DNA of 64,000 bases from Deltaproteobacteria bacterium HGW-Deltaproteobacteria-6 (GTDB lineage: Bacteria; Desulfobacterota; Syntrophia; Syntrophales; Smithellaceae). A model generated the notes under the pieces. That model saw nothing but the letters and a program-made list of their open reading frames with translations. It ran no database searches and had not been told where the DNA came from. The translations under genes and the position numbers were made by a program. Positions 58,510-64,000 of the stretch are shown in pieces. The DNA lies in assembly GCA_002840435.1 (NCBI GenBank), contig PHAT01000010.1, positions 26,393 to 90,392 of the forward strand, in the 5' to 3' direction. Within the stretch, counting starts at the first letter, position 1. Each line of letters begins with the position of its first letter.

Positions 58510-60294
58510 ATGACCGCTGACCAAGGGAAAAAAACATTTGTTCTTAAAGGGATTGGCGTTTCTCCGGGTGTTGTGATCGGAAAAGCTTACCGCTTTGATC
58601 CGCTCGATGCTCAGGTATCCTTTTATAAACTCAATAATGAAGATTTAATCCCGCATGAAATCGAACGTTTTAAGAAAGCTCTGAAAGAATCCTCAAAACA
58701 GCTTTTGGAAATTCAGGAAAACCTCAAAAAAACAAATGTAACTGAACCTCTTTATATTATTGATGTTCATGTTTTACTCCTATCGGACAAAAAATTTGTC
58801 AATCGCACCATCAAATATATCCGACGTTTGGGTGTCAACGCCGAATGGGCGTTGCGTATGACGCTGGATCATTATAAACAGATATTCGAGGGTGTCGAAG
58901 ACGTTTATATCAGCGGCCGCATCAGCGATGTACAGTATATTGTTCAGCGGATCCTGCGCAATCTGTCCGGTGAGAAGCATGAAATTGTCTGGGAAGTCGG
59001 TCAGGAGGGGGTCGTAATCGTTTCACACGATTTGTCGCCGGCCGATACGGCTCAGATGAAACTGGACAAAATCGTCGGGTTTGCCACCGACAGCGGTGGT
59101 CGCACATCGCATACCGCTATTGTGGCCAGATCGATGGAATTGCCCGCTGTGGTCGGTTTGGACAACGTGACCCGTTTTGTGCGGACCGGGGATGATATCA
59201 TCGTTGATGGAACGTCGGGACTTGTGGTGGTCAATCCATATCCCGACATGCTCAAACGATATGAGGAAAAGAAGCGCCATTATGACGACGCCAAAGACGA
59301 GTATCTTAAATATGCGAAGCTGCCGGCCGTTACGCTGGATCGTCATCATGTTCAGATCGGTTCCAATATAGAATTTATCGAAGAGATTCCTTCCGCGATT
59401 TCTCACGGAGCAGAATACATCGGGCTTTACCGGACGGAATTTTTGTACATCTACCGGGATGATTTGCCGACCGAAGAAGACCATTTTAATAATTATCGTC
59501 AGGTGGTGACTGAGAAAAATCTGGCGTGGTCAACCATCCGCACGTTTGATCTGGGCGGTGATAAATTCCCCAACTACCAGAAGCAGGCTAAAGAACTCAA
59601 CCCGCAGATGGGATTAAGAGCAATACGTTTTTGTCTCAAAGAGGTCGATCTTTTCAAAACACAGCTTCGCGCCATCTGGCGCGTGAGCGCTCTGGGCAAG
59701 GTTAAAATTCTGTTTCCGATGATTTCCTGCATCGAAGAAATCCGCGAAGCAAAACGTTTGCTGGATGAAACCCGTCAGGAGCTTTTGTCCCAGGGCGTGC
59801 CGATTGCCGACCGGATGGAAATCGGGGCGATGATTGAAGTGCCCGCTGCCGCCATCATTGCTGATCAGCTGGCGCAGGAAGTGGATTACTTCAGCATTGG
59901 CACCAACGATTTAATTCAGTATTCCCTGGCGATCGACCGTTCCAACGAAAGGGTCACCTATCTTTACGAACCTCTGCATCCCGCTGTTTTGAGGTTGATC
60001 AAGAGAATCGCGGATCAGGCTCATGAAGCAAAAATTCGCGTGGCCATGTGCGGAGAGATGGCGGGCGATCCTCTTTGCTGTCTGATCCTTTTAGGCATGC
60101 AGCTGGATGAATTAAGCATGAATCATCTGGCGATTCCCCGCATTAAAAGAATTGTACAACAGTCTACGCTGGCGGAAGCCAGGAAACTCCTGAAGCAGGC
60201 CATGACTTATAACAACGCGGGTGATGTGCGGGCTTATGTTCAGGATTATATGAGCGATCGTTTTCCGGATGAATTTCAAAAGAAAGAAACATAA
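58510..60294 (+). CDS. ptsI: phosphoenolpyruvate--protein phosphotransferase (Enzyme I)
   Basis: It has the motifs GGRTSHTAIVARSMELPAV (phospho-His), the PEP-utilising C-terminal domain (GLYRTEFLY, FSIGTNDLIQY) and MCGEMAGD. Confidence 0.95.
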   Translation: MTADQGKKTFVLKGIGVSPGVVIGKAYRFDPLDAQVSFYKLNNEDLIPHEIERFKKALKESSKQLLEIQENLKKTNVTEPLYIIDVHVLLLSDKKFVNRTIKYIRRLGVNAEWALRMTLDHYKQIFEGVEDVYISGRISDVQYIVQRILRNLSGEKHEIVWEVGQEGVVIVSHDLSPADTAQMKLDKIVGFATDSGGRTSHTAIVARSMELPAVVGLDNVTRFVRTGDDIIVDGTSGLVVVNPYPDMLKRYEEKKRHYDDAKDEYLKYAKLPAVTLDRHHVQIGSNIEFIEEIPSAISHGAEYIGLYRTEFLYIYRDDLPTEEDHFNNYRQVVTEKNLAWSTIRTFDLGGDKFPNYQKQAKELNPQMGLRAIRFCLKEVDLFKTQLRAIWRVSALGKVKILFPMISCIEEIREAKRLLDETRQELLSQGVPIADRMEIGAMIEVPAAAIIADQLAQEVDYFSIGTNDLIQYSLAIDRSNERVTYLYEPLHPAVLRLIKRIADQAHEAKIRVAMCGEMAGDPLCCLILLGMQLDELSMNHLAIPRIKRIVQQSTLAEARKLLKQAMTYNNAGDVRAYVQDYMSDRFPDEFQKKET

Positions 60295-60345
60295 GCTTCA
60301 GACGATTTTTTGCAGATAACTCCACAGGAAGAAACCGGATTAATT

Positions 60346-62967
60346 ATGAGTGAAAAAGGGTCAGCAGTTGCCGATCATCATGAAGATGAATATTACGCCG
60401 GCTGTATTTATGACAGACAGAATTTCTGGCTTTTTCGACCGGCTGAAACATATCTTTCACGTGTTTCCATTTCCGATGAGGATGTCAAGACTCTCCAGGA
60501 GCTTGCCGGTCAGGGCGTTATCATTTACGCCATTAAGCAAAGAAGCAAGCTCAACAGCCTGATCATTGCCGAACTGGCCGGCCGTAAGGATCTGCCCAGG
60601 CCGGTGTACTGTCATGGCATGAACATGTCCTTCTGGCAGCCTCTGTCCAAGATGATGAAGTTTTTCTGGTCATCCTTTTTGCGCCGCTTCCGTAAAAATC
60701 AGGTCATCCGTCAGGGCAAACTGGATTTTCTGGCAAGAAAAGTTGCCGGTAAAGAAAGCATCATCATCCATTTAGGTGAGTCGGAGTTTATTGACAGTGC
60801 GTCCGCTCAGGATGCCCTGGCCACTCTGATCAATCTTCAAAACAACGTACCCTTTCCCATATTTATCGTGCCCGTCCTTGTGGCTTACGGTCGCCGCCGG
60901 GAAAAGGAAGACGAAAGCCTGATTAACATCCTGTTCGGACAGACAGAGCATATCGGCACGATTCGACGGTTGATTACGTTTATACGCTATTCCCGGCAAG
61001 CCTTTGTGGTTCCCGTAAAGCCGATCAACCTGACCGATTATTTATCCGTTAACCGAAACATTACCGAAGACGAAATGATCCTGTCATTGCGCGGAGAACT
61101 GATTGACCGGATTGAAGAAGAGAAAACAGCGATTGTCGGACCTGCCTTGAAATCCTGCGAGGAACATATCGGCATGGTGATGCATGATCCAAACCTGAAC
61201 CGTTTTATGGATGATTACGCGCAGAAGACAAAAAGAGACAGGGCAAGCATCGCAAAAGAAGCCCGCCGTTATCTTTATGAAATTGCCGCTGATTACCAGG
61301 AAATGTTCATTGAAATCTGGGTGAAAGTCCTTACCTGGATATGGAATACTGTTTATGACGGTTTGTCCGTTGACTCCGAGGGGCTGGCCAAAATTCGCAA
61401 TTTGTCCAAGAAAATGCCTTTTGTCATCATTTCCTGTCACCGCAGTCATTTTGATTATCTGCTGCTGTCTTACGTCTTTTTCAAAAATAATATTCAGATG
61501 CCGTTCATTGCGGCGGGCAACAATCTTTCTTTTTTCCCTTTAGGTTACATTTTCCGGCATTCCGGCGCATTTTTCCTGAGACGCAGTTTCCGCGGCAACG
61601 ACCTCTATGGAGAAGTCTTTTCCAAGTATATGGCCACACTTCTGCACGAGGGCCTTCCCCTGGAATTTTTCATCGAAGGCGGCAGAAGCCGCACCGGAAA
61701 GATGGTCATGCCCAAATACGGACTCTTGTCCATGATTATTCAGGCCTACCAGGACAAATATTGCGAGAATCTGGCTTGTGTCCCCGTCTATATCGGATAT
61801 GACCGGGTCATTGAAGAACGTTCCTATCTCCAGGAACTGTCCGGGGCGCCCAAGGTTCAGGAAAACACCGTTGAAATAATCAAAAACACCAAAATCCTGC
61901 GCAAGCGATACGGCCGGGTTTACATCAACATCGGCGAGCCGATCATCATGAAAGACTATCTGGCGGCGCAGGATAAGCCCATGGATCAGATGACGCTGGA
62001 CGAGCGGCAGAGCCTCTACCGGAAAATCGGGTATGAAACCGTTCTGGAAATTAACAAGGTTTCAGTCGTTACGCCGTTTTCAATGGTGGCATCCGGTCTT
62101 TTGAGTCATGACCGGCGGGGAATCTCTTACGATGAGTTGAGCAACATTCTAAACGAGTTCTATGAGTATTTGTCCACTAGGCAGGTTAAATTTGCCGCGA
62201 CGTTTGCGCATCGGGAAAAGGCAATTGACGACGCTTTGAACATCTTTAATTCGACCGATATCATTTCCAAAATTGAAGCTGATGAAGAAGAAGAGGAAAT
62301 GCAGGAGGTTGTTTATTCTCTCGCGGATGCTAAAAGGCTGAATTTGGAGTACTACAAAAATAATATTTTACATTTCTTCACACCCATTTGTTTTGTGGCA
62401 ACGTCCATGGTGAAAAATCCTGAAGATGCCATGTCCTTAGCCAAGATTATGGGAGACTATAAGTTTCTGAAATGGCTCTTATGGAATGAATTTATTTTTG
62501 ACGAAACCCGGGATGACGTGGATGAAGTGAATGATGTCCTGGCTTATCTGCATACGAGATCCTTGATCGTCACAGCCGAGCGTGAGGGCGAGGTCTGGAT
62601 CGAAGTCAAAAGCAAGGGCGGCGCCAAGCTCAAGCCTTTTGCCGGGCTCATTCATAACTATCTTGAATCCTGCTGGATTGTCATTCGTGGTATGGTTTAT
62701 CTCAAGAAAAAACCTCTGACGCAAAAAGAATGGCTGGCCAAGATCAGGCCTCTGGGCGACCGGATGTTCCGCAAGGGAGAAATCCTGCGCGCCGAAGCCC
62801 TTTCCCAGGTCAACTATCAAAATGCCATTAAATTTTTGGAAGATGCCGAACTGATTGTATCGTCAGCCGGAGAAGAAAAAGGCGGCAAAACCGTACTAAC
62901 CTACACGCTGACTGATAATCGTGCGCAACTGGAAGTGGTGCGGCGCCGCCTGTTTAAGTTTCTCTAG
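60346..62967 (+). CDS. plsB: glycerol-3-phosphate acyltransferase, PlsB-like
   Basis: It has the acyltransferase motifs SCHRSHFDYLLL (H-x4-D), FFLRRSF and FIEGGRSRTGK in a large protein of about 870 aa. The start is uncertain (60310-60346). Confidence 0.8.
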   Translation: MSEKGSAVADHHEDEYYAGCIYDRQNFWLFRPAETYLSRVSISDEDVKTLQELAGQGVIIYAIKQRSKLNSLIIAELAGRKDLPRPVYCHGMNMSFWQPLSKMMKFFWSSFLRRFRKNQVIRQGKLDFLARKVAGKESIIIHLGESEFIDSASAQDALATLINLQNNVPFPIFIVPVLVAYGRRREKEDESLINILFGQTEHIGTIRRLITFIRYSRQAFVVPVKPINLTDYLSVNRNITEDEMILSLRGELIDRIEEEKTAIVGPALKSCEEHIGMVMHDPNLNRFMDDYAQKTKRDRASIAKEARRYLYEIAADYQEMFIEIWVKVLTWIWNTVYDGLSVDSEGLAKIRNLSKKMPFVIISCHRSHFDYLLLSYVFFKNNIQMPFIAAGNNLSFFPLGYIFRHSGAFFLRRSFRGNDLYGEVFSKYMATLLHEGLPLEFFIEGGRSRTGKMVMPKYGLLSMIIQAYQDKYCENLACVPVYIGYDRVIEERSYLQELSGAPKVQENTVEIIKNTKILRKRYGRVYINIGEPIIMKDYLAAQDKPMDQMTLDERQSLYRKIGYETVLEINKVSVVTPFSMVASGLLSHDRRGISYDELSNILNEFYEYLSTRQVKFAATFAHREKAIDDALNIFNSTDIISKIEADEEEEEMQEVVYSLADAKRLNLEYYKNNILHFFTPICFVATSMVKNPEDAMSLAKIMGDYKFLKWLLWNEFIFDETRDDVDEVNDVLAYLHTRSLIVTAEREGEVWIEVKSKGGAKLKPFAGLIHNYLESCWIVIRGMVYLKKKPLTQKEWLAKIRPLGDRMFRKGEILRAEALSQVNYQNAIKFLEDAELIVSSAGEEKGGKTVLTYTLTDNRAQLEVVRRRLFKFL

Positions 62968-63052
62968 TGCTGTATAGCCGGTAAAATCTCGTTATATCGA
63001 CCATGCGAATGAACTTTCCCATCACCCGGATTGAAACACCGGCGGGACTTAT

Positions 63053-63093
63053 AAAAAAGGCGATGTCCTTATCGCAGGGACATGGCCTTTTTT
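63053..63093. terminator. bidirectional terminator between plsB-like and eno
   Basis: aaaaaaggcgatgtcc-ttatcgca-ggacatggcctttttt has a 10-bp stem with one mismatch, flanked by A- and T-runs. Confidence 0.65.
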
Positions 63094-63109
63094 ATAATCT
63101 GATGTTCGA

Positions 63110-64000
<891 letters not shown>

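Overview
The window looks like a mostly core-genome chromosomal segment, probably from an anaerobic deltaproteobacterium (Desulfobacterota-like). That placement is an inference from gene content: siroheme decarboxylase next to hemL, a four-subunit 2-oxoacid:ferredoxin oxidoreductase, a PxxKW Cys-rich protein, and the rpsP-KH-rimM-trmD-SPOUT-rplS-rnhB-yraN and thrS-infC-rpmI-rplT-pheST-ihfA-merR gene orders. All calls come from reading the sequence and the ORF translations by eye; no searches were run.

Gene content from left to right:
- The 3' end of a Cam-type gamma-carbonic anhydrase, then a zinc-ribbon/J-domain protein.
- A TetR-controlled RND efflux operon (tetR, MFP, RND pump, NodT-type outer membrane factor).
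- mobA and an OFA-type MFS transporter.
- A 1436-aa fused double-ATPase 'activase' protein of unknown substrate.
- A minus-strand block ahb-hemL-gmd-fcl-atpZ-atpI-atpB, with atpE displaced and divergently transcribed.
- A repeat-rich non-coding stretch, then an ArfB-like GGQ protein.
- A NusG paralog followed by a delta-alpha-beta-gamma 2-oxoacid:ferredoxin oxidoreductase and an ACT-domain protein.
- A COG2509-type flavoprotein and ribD.
- pilD and a fimT/pilV/pilW/pilX/pilY1-like minor-pilin operon.
- argS, a SPOR protein, ffh, the S16/L19 ribosomal cluster, rnhB and yraN.
- ugd and uxs, then rsmI.
- A four-gene envelope cluster of unknown function, pgsA and tRNA-Val(GAC).
- The thrS-to-merR supraoperon, a PxxKW protein, a PTS IID-like/HPr/EI operon, a plsB-like gene, and the 3' part of eno.

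The strongest observation is a GEMM-I (c-di-GMP-I) riboswitch-like leader with its own sigma70-type promoter directly upstream of pilD. A sigma54-type promoter follows in front of the minor-pilin/PilY1 genes.

Secondary points of interest:
- The giant activase fusion.
- The split Fo genes, and an atpE with a signal-peptide-like extension and a partial Na+-binding signature.
- The NusG paralog heading a central-metabolism operon.
- The acidic PopZ-like protein with its periplasmic and lipoprotein partners.
- The orphan PTS IID component.

No transposases, integrases, CRISPR arrays or recognisable defence genes were seen.
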